A stretch of 59,211 nucleotides of DNA, taken from IMG/VR virus record IMGVR_UViG_3300036770_005043, positions 1 to 59,211 of that record; one strand, given 5' to 3'. Source of the DNA: a virus (Duplodnaviria > Caudoviricetes). The position numbers were made by a program, and so were the translations under genes. Position 1 is the first letter of the stretch. Every line of letters begins with the position of its first letter. This document shows positions 44,801 to 53,751 of the stretch, one piece after another. The notes below the pieces were generated by a model. That model ran no database searches and was not told the origin of the DNA. It worked only from the letters and a program-made list of their open reading frames with translations.

Positions 44801-45946
44801 TGTTTCGCCAGAAAATTGCGCATTTCTCTGTGCCAACAACCTTTCAAACGCCGTTAACGGGCGATAGTCGATTAATTGGGCAGGCGTTAAACGGACAGGG
44901 CGGCCTGTCTTTGGATCAATAGGCAAATCTGCAATAGCGGCGGTAAGCTCGTCTGCAATTTGATTTGCGGTTCTTATGCCCCTGCCGCCTTCGCTTTCCG
45001 TTGCAACAACGCGCTGAAGGAGCTCCGCAACCTTACGCTCGGTTTTTAGGTCAAGGCCGGACTGCCCAACCATGAATCCATCAAAGATAAACTTGCCGGG
45101 ACTCAATACACCGGCAGCACTCTCTGCCAAAAATTGCGCTAAGGGGCCCCCAACGGGGAACTGATCTGGAGGGAGGGTCGCAACCGCTGTTCCTCCATAG
45201 ATACCTGCATAGGCGCTGATAAGTGCTTCACGCGCCAAGTAAGTGTGAGGGTTGGTTCGAGCAAAATTACCCAACTGCCCGATTAACTGCCCAAAGCGAC
45301 CCGATTGAGCAGATGCGGCGGGAAACACAAACGCTAAAGGGGCACTTAAAGCACTCTCAGTCGCTGTGCGAACGCCTGAGTATATGGGCTGCAACTCCGC
45401 CTCTTTTGGGCGTCTAGCCTCGAAGTCTTCTTCCAAAAGGCTTCGACCATACAACGACGCCCCAAGCCCTGCTAATGTCCCTGCCACGGGCATAAACGGA
45501 GCAAAAGGCCCCGTAAAAGGAGCTATCGCGGTACCCGCTTTCATTCCGCCTGCTATCAGTGCAGTGGACATGCCGCCTTCGATTAAGGCTCGACGATAGG
45601 CCTCAGTTGCCGCTTCCCCATATTGCTCGGAGGTGGGCATCGTGTTTTGTAATTCGTATCCCTGTTCCAAAAGTTTTTGAACAGTGATAACACTGGGGGG
45701 AGCCCGCCCTCCTATCCTTTCTCCGGTTTCCGGATTGATCGAGGGGATCAGTGGCGCTTCTTTGACATCAAAACCCTGGTCCGCCAACGACTGAACAGTT
45801 ACCGGAAATCTTCGAGAAGGCTGAACAGGGGCCGGGGGCGGCGTTTCGTTTTCAAAAGAAACATCCCCGATCCTCGTGACGGTTACATCAGGAGGGGTGT
45901 CCTCTGTCTCAGAGTCCAAGTCTTCAGAACGATAAGGGTCTATCAT
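41843..45946 (-). CDS. Large internal virion/ejection protein
   Basis: 1367 aa, helical, hydrophobic Gly-rich segments near the N-terminus; last gene of the ejection cluster. Confidence 0.65.
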   Translation of the reverse strand: MIDPYRSEDLDSETEDTPPDVTVTRIGDVSFENETPPPAPVQPSRRFPVTVQSLADQGFDVKEAPLIPSINPETGERIGGRAPPSVITVQKLLEQGYELQNTMPTSEQYGEAATEAYRRALIEGGMSTALIAGGMKAGTAIAPFTGPFAPFMPVAGTLAGLGASLYGRSLLEEDFEARRPKEAELQPIYSGVRTATESALSAPLAFVFPAASAQSGRFGQLIGQLGNFARTNPHTYLAREALISAYAGIYGGTAVATLPPDQFPVGGPLAQFLAESAAGVLSPGKFIFDGFMVGQSGLDLKTERKVAELLQRVVATESEGGRGIRTANQIADELTAAIADLPIDPKTGRPVRLTPAQLIDYRPLTAFERLLAQRNAQFSGETKEMGERGLQIYAGVLQALTESGNPDLVLKAVKAREIHLQNLFQMAFDQAAFVAADKAQRLGRGGSRLNEEIANDLTTDLEKVVRAAQDTMHALYKERTLAAFRLNKAGTRYVPNRVKASNLAETYLDLTAGLDPVSKGQRRGLVTDMRGLGFKDLRELGTSYRKNARTPEYVEYFNNNKTGPNPAMAGLEVPNLQADRLAKAAGEFREKARLAASQNDANSARVYHLLANAAIRDLETLDDPIFSEARSFSKVFHDVFTRTFAGKFDDVDGSGRLIIPAETLVRRTVSGGADAAYMRMREISDAARFSEKLVADSTAQDVVQAVYAQEARDIFNSLRRTKAIDLNNPAQVSRAVFSVAERKAGASAVPLAEFIKRTGGIADVGGELAAQDITNRTLRGLVRPVENVGGRLIVPPEAGMDAVRQRVFDAGYFPQKQDYNEITDSEIVDALRQDLFVNRVWTGVVRDRLSPFIGNIESINELAAKGITRDMSIEDITSQLLRVDEQARAQGLPTLVPESALDDFSKKRRPGTLDPSEIINSVLGSQQRLMRSLASETTELKDGRRLINLKKFDTFRERNRDLIEELGLAEEFSNISRAQQALEEVMDPASKANYTLRNQKIFADLIGADGKNEDPFGPVYDALSSNRPVGAIKDLLFEINSSTTATAAEKLQAREGLQSILMSYAFAKAKGFDTRTLPDGEVVSLFDPQAYRQALYSPLKGAGQRTFPTLMSLMVQEGLVTAEQAANMKKLLDASLQIEKRLRSGVVSGAENLPTSNMSTLEELAITQLSARFAGMISPGGPGSLSFASRVIKNAERIFKRMPSQQQMTMLLEVAKDPELTAQLLRKDLSNDEKRNLGRIVFGLLFSPTVAPGAVQRYVQAPTEEEREAERQELLQRRREARGGTASEQLQTLDDVYNRLRGRPSPPAPATRGMPGMPSGAPPAGGPPAGGGAPPTTQSRMMLQQLFPFDPITGAAAVQAGMPPMAG

Positions 45947-45948
45947 TA

Positions 45949-48147
45949 TTACTCCGCCCGTGGAGGGGTAACCTCAAGACGCTCCCATTTACCGTTAGGC
46001 CCTGCTTCCTCATTAAACAACGTCAAGTAGCAGGGGTACCCCGGACGGCAACGAGCGAGCGCTTGCTGAAGTTGCTCATTGGTCTGAATTGGATGTACGC
46101 CAATAGCGTCAATCATATCCTGAAAAATCTGAGCTCTCTCAAGATATTTTTGTCGTGTGTCGATTCCGTAGTTCTGGAGCCGCGGGCTCTGCAATGCGGT
46201 TTCCAGCTTCTTCGGGTCACGCGCTATGTTAAAAGCATCATCCCTTATCCGTTGCAGGTTTAGGGATAAGCTAACCAGCTCTTTGAAGGCATTTGGCGGG
46301 TTGTTAAGCAATTCCGGGATGCCGTTAATTGCTTTCGTAATTTCTGCTCGCTCTGACGCAAGAATCCGGGAAGCATCCGTGTATTTTGAACGCAAGTCCG
46401 CAGTAATGGTTCGTCCTGTATTGGATAAGCTCGCAGCTCCTCCAAAAGCCTCACCAAACGGAGCCGCAGGGACTTTCGCCAAAGCACGTTGGATGGCGGG
46501 GCCTATTCCGTATCCCGGCAAGACATCCACTAACGTCAGTGGGGGCGGAAGATCCGCGGTAGAAACGTCCAGTCCCGGAGACACTTCACGCCCGCCTAAT
46601 ACCGTGGGACGACCTGCGCCCGCGGTGGGGGGACTGACTACCATATCCTGCCCACCTGCGGCCGGACCAGTTGTAGCCTGGCCCGTGGGCCGTGCCCCTC
46701 CGGCCGTTGGAGAAGGCGCTTGCCCCGCTCCGCCCGCGCCCACATCCCCGAGCTCCAACAAGTAGTTCATGAGTTGCGGGTCAGAGGAAGTGACTTTACG
46801 AACAGTGACGTTCTCAGGGTCCACATAAATATTGAACCCCCTGTTAACCAGCGCCCTTTCCACGTAATTGGGAAGAGAAGGTAATTTAACCGTTTTTTCC
46901 CCGCTCTTGGGGTCCACGGTTTCTATTGGCTGCAAATACTCTTCCACCGCCACTATGAACCCACGATCCTGCGAGGGACTTGTCTGGCCTTTTGAGAAGG
47001 CGGGCGAAAGATTTTGGAACGTCGACATGAGTCTTCCACGTAAACTGCCTCCAAACGCAGAGGACGTTGCGTCCTTGCCTTTCGCCGTCAACAACTTCAT
47101 AACAAGATCGTTGGTTTCTTTGGAGAGCTTCGTGTTGTAATCCGAAAGCTGCTTGCGTTCTTCCTCCCCAGCTTCTAACGCTAACAAACGAACCTGGCGC
47201 TTTTCTTTGTTAAGCTCCTGCAATCGCTGCTGCATGGCCTGCGGAACATCGCTAAACGCGCCTGCAAAACGGGATAATCCTGACCCAGTAAGTACCTCGC
47301 CCCGTGGCCCACGGTTCGCTGCTAGGTTAAGTCCTGCTCGTGCGATGTCGAAAAGGAGGTTGGCCTTAGCCGCTTCGGGGTCACTGCCTAAGAGGCTCTC
47401 GTACTCTGGGATGAGGCCTTCCATCGCCTCTTTTCGAGTCGGAACAGTTTTCTCTCTTCGAGAAAGAAGTTGCCTTGCTCGTTGCTCCGCCATCGCCATG
47501 ACATCTGGGGAGGCCGCGGCAAGATCAAGGAATGAGGAAGGCTCTTCATCATCAAACGGGGTCACGCCCTCCTCGTCGGACCCGTCACGAAAACGTTGGA
47601 CTAAGCCTCCCTCGGCCATGTTGATCGGCGCCTGTCCCCCTCCGGGAGGGGCGCCAGCCCCCATCAGCGCAGCAATCCCCCCATCCTGCGCCGGCGGAGC
47701 GCCCATCGCCGCTTCCATCGGCGGCGCTATCCCGCCTGGAGGGGCGGCAGCCATCGGACCTCCCGGAGGGGCCGGCATCGCCATCGGAGCCTGTGGTCCT
47801 TCGGCTACGGGCCCTGATTGAGGCAGCGCGCCAAGTCCTCCGCCCTGCGCCAGCACGGGTTGAAGCATCGCTAAGACGGCATCCGGCGTTTCCTCTGCGG
47901 CTTGGTCTCCTACGAGGTCCGCAAGTTCCTGACGACGCGCATCGACTGAGCGCATATCGCCACGAAGGGTGTTCATGAGGATTTCGGGGGAGTCTGGACG
48001 ACGGTCGAGCGTTTGCTCAGCCGCTTCGTCGAGGTCCTCCTCGTCTTCCATTTCGTCTTCAAACTCATCCTCGAGCTCGTCTTCGACGTCCATGAACCCT
48101 TGCATGATTCCGACGTTTTCGATGTCGTCTAGCATTTTGTTTTTCAT
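45949..48147 (-). CDS. Internal virion/ejection protein
   Basis: Acidic N-terminus, Pro/Gly linker, MAEGG and FRDGS motifs, helical core. Confidence 0.65.
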   Translation of the reverse strand: MKNKMLDDIENVGIMQGFMDVEDELEDEFEDEMEDEEDLDEAAEQTLDRRPDSPEILMNTLRGDMRSVDARRQELADLVGDQAAEETPDAVLAMLQPVLAQGGGLGALPQSGPVAEGPQAPMAMPAPPGGPMAAAPPGGIAPPMEAAMGAPPAQDGGIAALMGAGAPPGGGQAPINMAEGGLVQRFRDGSDEEGVTPFDDEEPSSFLDLAAASPDVMAMAEQRARQLLSRREKTVPTRKEAMEGLIPEYESLLGSDPEAAKANLLFDIARAGLNLAANRGPRGEVLTGSGLSRFAGAFSDVPQAMQQRLQELNKEKRQVRLLALEAGEEERKQLSDYNTKLSKETNDLVMKLLTAKGKDATSSAFGGSLRGRLMSTFQNLSPAFSKGQTSPSQDRGFIVAVEEYLQPIETVDPKSGEKTVKLPSLPNYVERALVNRGFNIYVDPENVTVRKVTSSDPQLMNYLLELGDVGAGGAGQAPSPTAGGARPTGQATTGPAAGGQDMVVSPPTAGAGRPTVLGGREVSPGLDVSTADLPPPLTLVDVLPGYGIGPAIQRALAKVPAAPFGEAFGGAASLSNTGRTITADLRSKYTDASRILASERAEITKAINGIPELLNNPPNAFKELVSLSLNLQRIRDDAFNIARDPKKLETALQSPRLQNYGIDTRQKYLERAQIFQDMIDAIGVHPIQTNEQLQQALARCRPGYPCYLTLFNEEAGPNGKWERLEVTPPRAE

Positions 48148-48162
48148 ACCTATCAAGGCCTC

Positions 48163-50091
48163 TTAAAAGAGTCCGGCCGTCTTGGCGCCCGCCGCGGCGG
48201 TAAGCCCCGCTAATCCAATGCCCGCCGCCTGTTGGAAGGGGCTGGCAGCCGGTTGGCTGACTGCGCTCGTCGCCATCTGCGAGGACGGCGCACCGCGGTA
48301 GATATCCGACAAGAACGCGGCTTGCTGGTACGGCGCATAAAGCCGTTGCGTTTGCGTCGCACGTTGCGCATCCAAGAGCTGCTGGTTGTACGCCTGCTGC
48401 GCCTGGCCCACGTTGTAGAGGAAGTTGATGTCGGACTGCTGCATGCCTTGCGCGGCTTGGCCAATGCCGAGCTGCTGAAGGCCCTGCTGACCATATTGTT
48501 GCCCAAATCCACCCAATCCCGCAGCCATTTGCTGGCCGATCCCAAACTGCTGGCCGGCAAGGGCGCCAATGCCCTGTCCAATGTTTTGGAACTGGCCGGA
48601 TTGCTGGCCGTAGATGTTGGCGAGCGCCTGCGCAGCGCTCGTGCGCCCCGCACCTTGCTGCATAAGCAGGTTGGCGATGTTTTGCTGGATGTTGGACTCT
48701 TGCCCGGCCAGTGCGCCTTGTTGTGACGCCAAATTGCCGTAGCCCTGAGCCGCTTGTTGGTACAAATTGGCCGCAGATTGACCCAAACGAGCCTGTTCAA
48801 TGCCGAGCTGTCCGAGGCCCTGTCCCGCAGCGATTTGTTGCTGCGAAAGGCTGCCATAAAGGCCCGCCCCGGCCTGCCCTAACTGGGCTTGTTGCCCTGC
48901 CTGTTGGCCGACCGTTTGGCCGATATTGGCGATCTGCCCTGCGGCAGCTTGCTCGGCCGCCGCACGCTGCGCTTCAAGCCCTCCCATGGCCTGACCGCCC
49001 TGAATGCCGAGCGCGCCGATAGCCTGACCGCCCTGCAAGGCACGCTGTTGCTGCTGCTCAAAGCTCGCCATCGCATTGGCCTGCGCCTGCGAGTAGCCTT
49101 GGCTTAGGAGGTTAGCGATCGTCCCTGCTTTTTGCTCCAAAAGTCCGCGTTCGAGCTCGGCGCGTTGCACGCCTTCCCGCTCACCGCCAAAAGCCCCTGC
49201 ACGCACGGCCTGTGCCGAGAGGCCTTGTTGAGCAATCTCTCCCTGACGGCTGATCTGCCGCATCGTCTCGTCGATAACCTGCTGACGATACGGGTCCATA
49301 AAGGCCTGGGCACGTGAAGGATCGTATCCTCCCATGCCCCCTGCGATTCCACCGATTCCACCGGCAAGCCCACCGGCAATCGCGCCTTGTGCACCGCCCA
49401 TCTGCGGCACACCGGCGGCTCCGCCTGCACGCTGTGCGGCGTTCATCAAAAGTTGTTGAGAGCCTGAGAAATCAGCCCCCATCGCACCTGCCGCCAAGCG
49501 CTGGGCATCGGTCAGGCCTGTAAGTCCCTGAGAAATGGTCGCGGTGGCAGGAAGTAGGTTCGCTTGCGACGAGCGAGCGGCCATGTTTTGTGCGGTCGCC
49601 AGCGCATTGATGCCAGTGCCAATATCCTGATACGCGCCGCCAAAACGGCCCGTGGTATCCGCCTGCAAAGCGCGCTGACCGGCCAGATCCATGTAGCCGA
49701 GGCCCGTGTTGATCTGGCCAATGCCGCCCGACATGCCTGCTGCGGCAGCTCCTGCTTGGCCCATGGCCGCCGCTGCATCGCCAAACTGGGCGCGGGTATC
49801 TGCGCCACGGAGAATGTCTGCCGCTTCACGGGTCATGCCCATGCCGCCGGCCATCGCCTCATTGGCAGATTGGACATACGGCATAAACGCGCCGACGCCC
49901 TGTTGTTGAGCCGCGGCCATCGCGGCCTGCTGGGCGGGAGAGAATCCGGCGACTTGATAGCCCGGGATCTGTTCCGCAAAGCCCGGCTGGAAGGCAAGCT
50001 TTTGCGCTTCCTGAAGCAGTCTCAGCTTATAGGCTTCGATCTCCGGCGCTTCGCGGACAATCTGTTGTTGGATGCTGGTTTCAGTTGCCAT
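48163..50091 (-). CDS. Gln/Gly/Ala-rich DNA pilot/ejection protein
   Basis: FMDPY.QQVID, A..AGAFGG.R.G, low-complexity Q/G/A helical repeats, hydrophobic C-terminus. Confidence 0.7.
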   Translation of the reverse strand: MATETSIQQQIVREAPEIEAYKLRLLQEAQKLAFQPGFAEQIPGYQVAGFSPAQQAAMAAAQQQGVGAFMPYVQSANEAMAGGMGMTREAADILRGADTRAQFGDAAAAMGQAGAAAAGMSGGIGQINTGLGYMDLAGQRALQADTTGRFGGAYQDIGTGINALATAQNMAARSSQANLLPATATISQGLTGLTDAQRLAAGAMGADFSGSQQLLMNAAQRAGGAAGVPQMGGAQGAIAGGLAGGIGGIAGGMGGYDPSRAQAFMDPYRQQVIDETMRQISRQGEIAQQGLSAQAVRAGAFGGEREGVQRAELERGLLEQKAGTIANLLSQGYSQAQANAMASFEQQQQRALQGGQAIGALGIQGGQAMGGLEAQRAAAEQAAAGQIANIGQTVGQQAGQQAQLGQAGAGLYGSLSQQQIAAGQGLGQLGIEQARLGQSAANLYQQAAQGYGNLASQQGALAGQESNIQQNIANLLMQQGAGRTSAAQALANIYGQQSGQFQNIGQGIGALAGQQFGIGQQMAAGLGGFGQQYGQQGLQQLGIGQAAQGMQQSDINFLYNVGQAQQAYNQQLLDAQRATQTQRLYAPYQQAAFLSDIYRGAPSSQMATSAVSQPAASPFQQAAGIGLAGLTAAAGAKTAGLF

Positions 50092-50095
50092 AGGG

Positions 50096-52369
50096 TTACG
50101 CCTCTACCGGGCCGCCTTCAAGTTTTCTCATCAAAGAATACATACGCTTGGCGCCCTTGCGCCGTGAGCCGCCGCCCGCGTTACGAACTGCTTTGGCGGT
50201 GAACACAAACTCTCCGTCTGAAAGCATCGCAGGGATGGAATCGGACGTGCCGGTTCCAGGTCCATTGATGGGCCCCGTTTTACGCGGGAAATGCTTAGGC
50301 TGGCCGCCGTTCGCGAGTCCCATGATGCCTTGGTCATTGCTAAGGCGCTGCACGGCAGAAGAGGCGGCTTGCGCGGCCTGCGGACCGCCAAAGAGCATGC
50401 CTTCGGCTTGCGCCACCTGCTGCGGATTGTTCACGGCTTGACGCAAGGAAGAGTCCATCATGCCGCCCTGAGCGGCATACACCGGACGCACGGGGTTGTT
50501 ATACAGCAACGGCACGTTATACATGCCGGAGACGTTATAGGGCTGCGGGATTCCGCCCGGCATGTTGGTCGCTGCGCCCGGTGGTGGCATGTACGTCGGC
50601 GTTGGGCTACGCGGCATCATCCCCACGGATGCGCTAGTGGGCTGCGGCATGCCGCTTGAGGTGCCTGCCTGACCTAATCCATAAGCCGGTGTGGGGACCT
50701 CTGGGTTGTAGGGCTGCAATACCGTGGGCTGTAGGCCGCCTTGGAAAAGTTCCGGATTCTCTCGGATGTAGTCCATCCCCGTGTATCCGCGGTCAAAGAG
50801 CGGAGACTCGTCCACTTCGCCAGCTTTGAATCCGCCCATCGCGCCTGTCAGGGCAAGACCGGTGGCTACGCCTGGCACGTAACGCGCCAGTTTCCCAGAT
50901 TCTACGTTCGGATTGACCAAAAACGCGTTGCTGAAAGTCTCAAATGACGGCTTTTGGAAGAACTCCCCAGCTCGGCCAAAGAAAGTAGAGGGAGTGACCT
51001 GAGCAGGAGCCGTAACAGGGGGCGGCAGTGCCCCTGTTGAAGTGCGCGCAATCTGGAAGGTCTCCGGATCAACGCTGTAGCCCGTGGTAGAGCGGTACGG
51101 AATGGCAGAGATGCCCCCTTCCGTTGCGGCAGGGGCGGCTCCTGCGGTGGGGGCTGTTTCTGCGGTCGGGGCTGTGCCAGCCGTGGGCGCAGTTCCTGCT
51201 GTGCCAGCGGCGGCCTCTGGGGCCGGGGCCTGACTTGCTGTGGTGCCGGTCGCGGCCTGTTGCTGAGCCGCGGCACGATTAGCCATGGCTTGGTTAAAGC
51301 CTGCGGAAACACCCGATTGAAGCCCGAGGCCCAACGCCTCTTGGGTGCCCATTCCAGCAAGACGGCCTACTGCGGCACCGGTTAGCCCTGTGGCAACGCC
51401 CTGCCTTAGCGCACTTCCCGCGGCCCCGATCGGGAGCCTGCTGGCGACAGCAGAGACGGGATTGACGCCGCCGACTGTTCCGCCCGCGCCAAAGTACGAC
51501 ATCGCTGCGTTGACGAGCAGGTTTCGCGCATTGAGCTTTTCGCCTGCGGCGGTGGCAATTAATGCACTTGAAGCGGTCGTGGCGAGCGCCGTAGAGGCCG
51601 CGGTAGCTGCGGCAGTGGAGAGACTTAGCCCTTTTACAGCCGCCCCGGCCGCAGGACCAAGGACCGTGGCGAGTGCCACAGTCGCCACGATGCGCACAAT
51701 CGGGTTTTTTAGAAGCTTTTTAACGGCCTTTTTGACCTTTCTAAAGAGCTTCTTTAAGAAAAACTCACGGAGCCCCGTCTCAGGGTTAATGGTTCCTGAA
51801 CCGCCCATCGCCTTGAGCAAACGGGCTTCTGCGGGGGTAATATGAGCCAAAATGGAGTCGCCATTTCGGCCTTTAGAGGCGAGATATTCGGCAACATCCG
51901 CTAATCCGCCTTCCGCGAAGGCCATTGGCTCCATGCCTTCGACAACCGGACCCATTTCCATGGGTTCCCGGGCACCCTGAGCGCGGCCGGCTTGGTATTC
52001 GTTCAACACCATGATGGCCATGCCAAGGAACGCAGGGTCATACGCCTCGGGCAGGTCATCGTCTTCCATCATCCCTGAGTCAATCAGGCGCTGACGAAGC
52101 TGCGGGTACTCATCCGGGTTTTGCGACATGTACTCGAGGACTTCGAGTAGCGAGGACACCTCAGTCGGGCTGAGGTCCATGTCTTCGATGCTTTCGCGAA
52201 CGGCCCGTCGGACGGCTTCCGCTTGCGCGGGGTCGCCGGAGGACATCCCCAATGCGGTTAACGCGGCATCATAGGTGTCCGCGCTTGAAACGTAGGTAGG
52301 CTGCTGAGGAGCCGTTGGATCCTGCATGGCCTGCCCTTCAGGCAAGCCCATGATGCCTTCATTTTCCAT
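50096..52369 (-). CDS. Internal virion protein with two xAxGG-linked modules
   Basis: FAEGG...GDSILAHITPAE...GGSGTINPETGL and LANGG...GPGTGTSDSIPAMLSDGEFVFTA; TM-like hydrophobic segments. Confidence 0.7.
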   Translation of the reverse strand: MENEGIMGLPEGQAMQDPTAPQQPTYVSSADTYDAALTALGMSSGDPAQAEAVRRAVRESIEDMDLSPTEVSSLLEVLEYMSQNPDEYPQLRQRLIDSGMMEDDDLPEAYDPAFLGMAIMVLNEYQAGRAQGAREPMEMGPVVEGMEPMAFAEGGLADVAEYLASKGRNGDSILAHITPAEARLLKAMGGSGTINPETGLREFFLKKLFRKVKKAVKKLLKNPIVRIVATVALATVLGPAAGAAVKGLSLSTAAATAASTALATTASSALIATAAGEKLNARNLLVNAAMSYFGAGGTVGGVNPVSAVASRLPIGAAGSALRQGVATGLTGAAVGRLAGMGTQEALGLGLQSGVSAGFNQAMANRAAAQQQAATGTTASQAPAPEAAAGTAGTAPTAGTAPTAETAPTAGAAPAATEGGISAIPYRSTTGYSVDPETFQIARTSTGALPPPVTAPAQVTPSTFFGRAGEFFQKPSFETFSNAFLVNPNVESGKLARYVPGVATGLALTGAMGGFKAGEVDESPLFDRGYTGMDYIRENPELFQGGLQPTVLQPYNPEVPTPAYGLGQAGTSSGMPQPTSASVGMMPRSPTPTYMPPPGAATNMPGGIPQPYNVSGMYNVPLLYNNPVRPVYAAQGGMMDSSLRQAVNNPQQVAQAEGMLFGGPQAAQAASSAVQRLSNDQGIMGLANGGQPKHFPRKTGPINGPGTGTSDSIPAMLSDGEFVFTAKAVRNAGGGSRRKGAKRMYSLMRKLEGGPVEA

Positions 52370-52373
52370 GGTT

Positions 52374-52471
52374 GTCCTTTCCTCTTTGGGCCATTGACCC
52401 TACAAGGGGTCGCGCGCCGGGAAAGGACGCGTAGATGGCGACTATTATGCTGCGAATCATTAGTTTCTGTC
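52374..52471 (-). promoter_or_regulatory. Promoter plus structured leader that sequesters the RBS of the ejection operon
   Basis: TAGACA-18-CATAAT; GTCCTTTCC/GGAAAGGAC 9-bp long-range stem with an internal GACCC/GGGTC hairpin. Confidence 0.55.
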
Positions 52472-52792
52472 TACTTCTAGGTAGGATAAATGAAAAACGA
52501 CGTCGTCTTCAGACGACTCCACTTCAAGCTCGTCCGTTGCCTCTAGCACACAAGGCACGCCACTAAAGACATCCAAACTGGCGTTGACGGGCAAGAAGGT
52601 GTCCCGCATCAGGTGGTATCCCGTTGATCCGCCCAATGGGTAGACGATGACGGTGATGGTGGCGTCCGCAGAGTTAGCATTTGTCACCCGCAAGGAGCTC
52701 AGAATAGCCGTATTCGCCGCAGGGACCGTGTAAAGAGTGTGGGCAGTCGTCGCCACAGCGATGTGCTGCTTTCGCAGGTATTTATTAGCCAT
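52460..52792 (-). CDS. Small virion/tail protein (YTVPA...S..VTN...SYLE)
   Basis: Recognisable motif; tail cluster. Confidence 0.7.
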   Translation of the reverse strand: MANKYLRKQHIAVATTAHTLYTVPAANTAILSSLRVTNANSADATITVIVYPLGGSTGYHLMRDTFLPVNASLDVFSGVPCVLEATDELEVESSEDDVVFHLSYLEVDRN

Positions 52793-53751
52793 TAGTACAT
52801 CTCCGCGGAAATAAAAGCGAGCGTCATAATGACCGAGGCAATAGCGGGTCTCGTTGGGCTGGTTCCGGCAGAGTAGTGCTCCAAAAACGCTCCCGTTCTA
52901 TCTGACCACCAAGCCATTTCAAGGTATTCCGTCGTGGCGTCGTTAACCGTAAAAATACCAGTAATCGCAGGAACAATATGCGACCAAGTAGTGGCGTTTT
53001 TCCTTTCTACCAAGTCAAATCGGGTGTTACTCAAGGGGTAGTTAACCCCCGCGTTTTTTGCCCAGACTTCAAACTCTCCTACGTCGTTGTCTTGGTTGGA
53101 TACCTGCACACGGAAGTTGACGAGGTATTGGCCGGGGTAGTCGAACTGAATCCTTGAGGCCCGTGATCCGTTGATCGTGATACTTCCGACTTCTTGCGAG
53201 GTTGATACGGTGTAGACCCCTACACCGCCCGTGGTGCCACTGACTTGGGCCACGATCCGCGTTCCTGCCGTAACGCCGGTTCCAGAGATCGTCATTCCAA
53301 GGAGAATAGTCCCCGAAGTTACCGCAGAAACGGTAAGCACCGTTCCTGCTCCGGGCGGGGTACCGTCATCGATCGTCCCTGTAAACACAGCCGTATGGTC
53401 AGCGACCTTGATTCCGTACTCAAAGATAGGACTATCAAAGGTGATGATGTTTTCGGAAGTGGTTCCAATGTTGGACTGGTCTTCTTCCGACATCAGCATG
53501 GCGTAGGGCAATAAGATGCCCGTACTCGGCTGAAAGCCTCGCGTGGTCCCTGCAAAGCCGCCGCCGGCTGACCCGCCACCGCCCGAGAACCATGATCCGG
53601 CTGCCGCGATGTTGTCGCTGACGATAGGGGTGTAGGTGTTGTTGAGCTGAAAGATCACCTGCTCGAGCGAGCGCACGAGCTGGTCAAACTGCTCTGGGCT
53701 ATACCCCTGTGTCGCCGCGTTAGGGAGGCGGACGTTGAAGATCTTACTCAT
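52792..53751 (-). CDS. Tail-associated protein
   Basis: Start [10 protein letters not shown] by ATGA overlap; RLP.A...Y...F..LVR.LE N-terminus, beta-rich C-terminus, [16 protein letters not shown] insert. Confidence 0.65.
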   Translation of the reverse strand: MSKIFNVRLPNAATQGYSPEQFDQLVRSLEQVIFQLNNTYTPIVSDNIAAAGSWFSGGGGSAGGGFAGTTRGFQPSTGILLPYAMLMSEEDQSNIGTTSENIITFDSPIFEYGIKVADHTAVFTGTIDDGTPPGAGTVLTVSAVTSGTILLGMTISGTGVTAGTRIVAQVSGTTGGVGVYTVSTSQEVGSITINGSRASRIQFDYPGQYLVNFRVQVSNQDNDVGEFEVWAKNAGVNYPLSNTRFDLVERKNATTWSHIVPAITGIFTVNDATTEYLEMAWWSDRTGAFLEHYSAGTSPTRPAIASVIMTLAFISAEMY

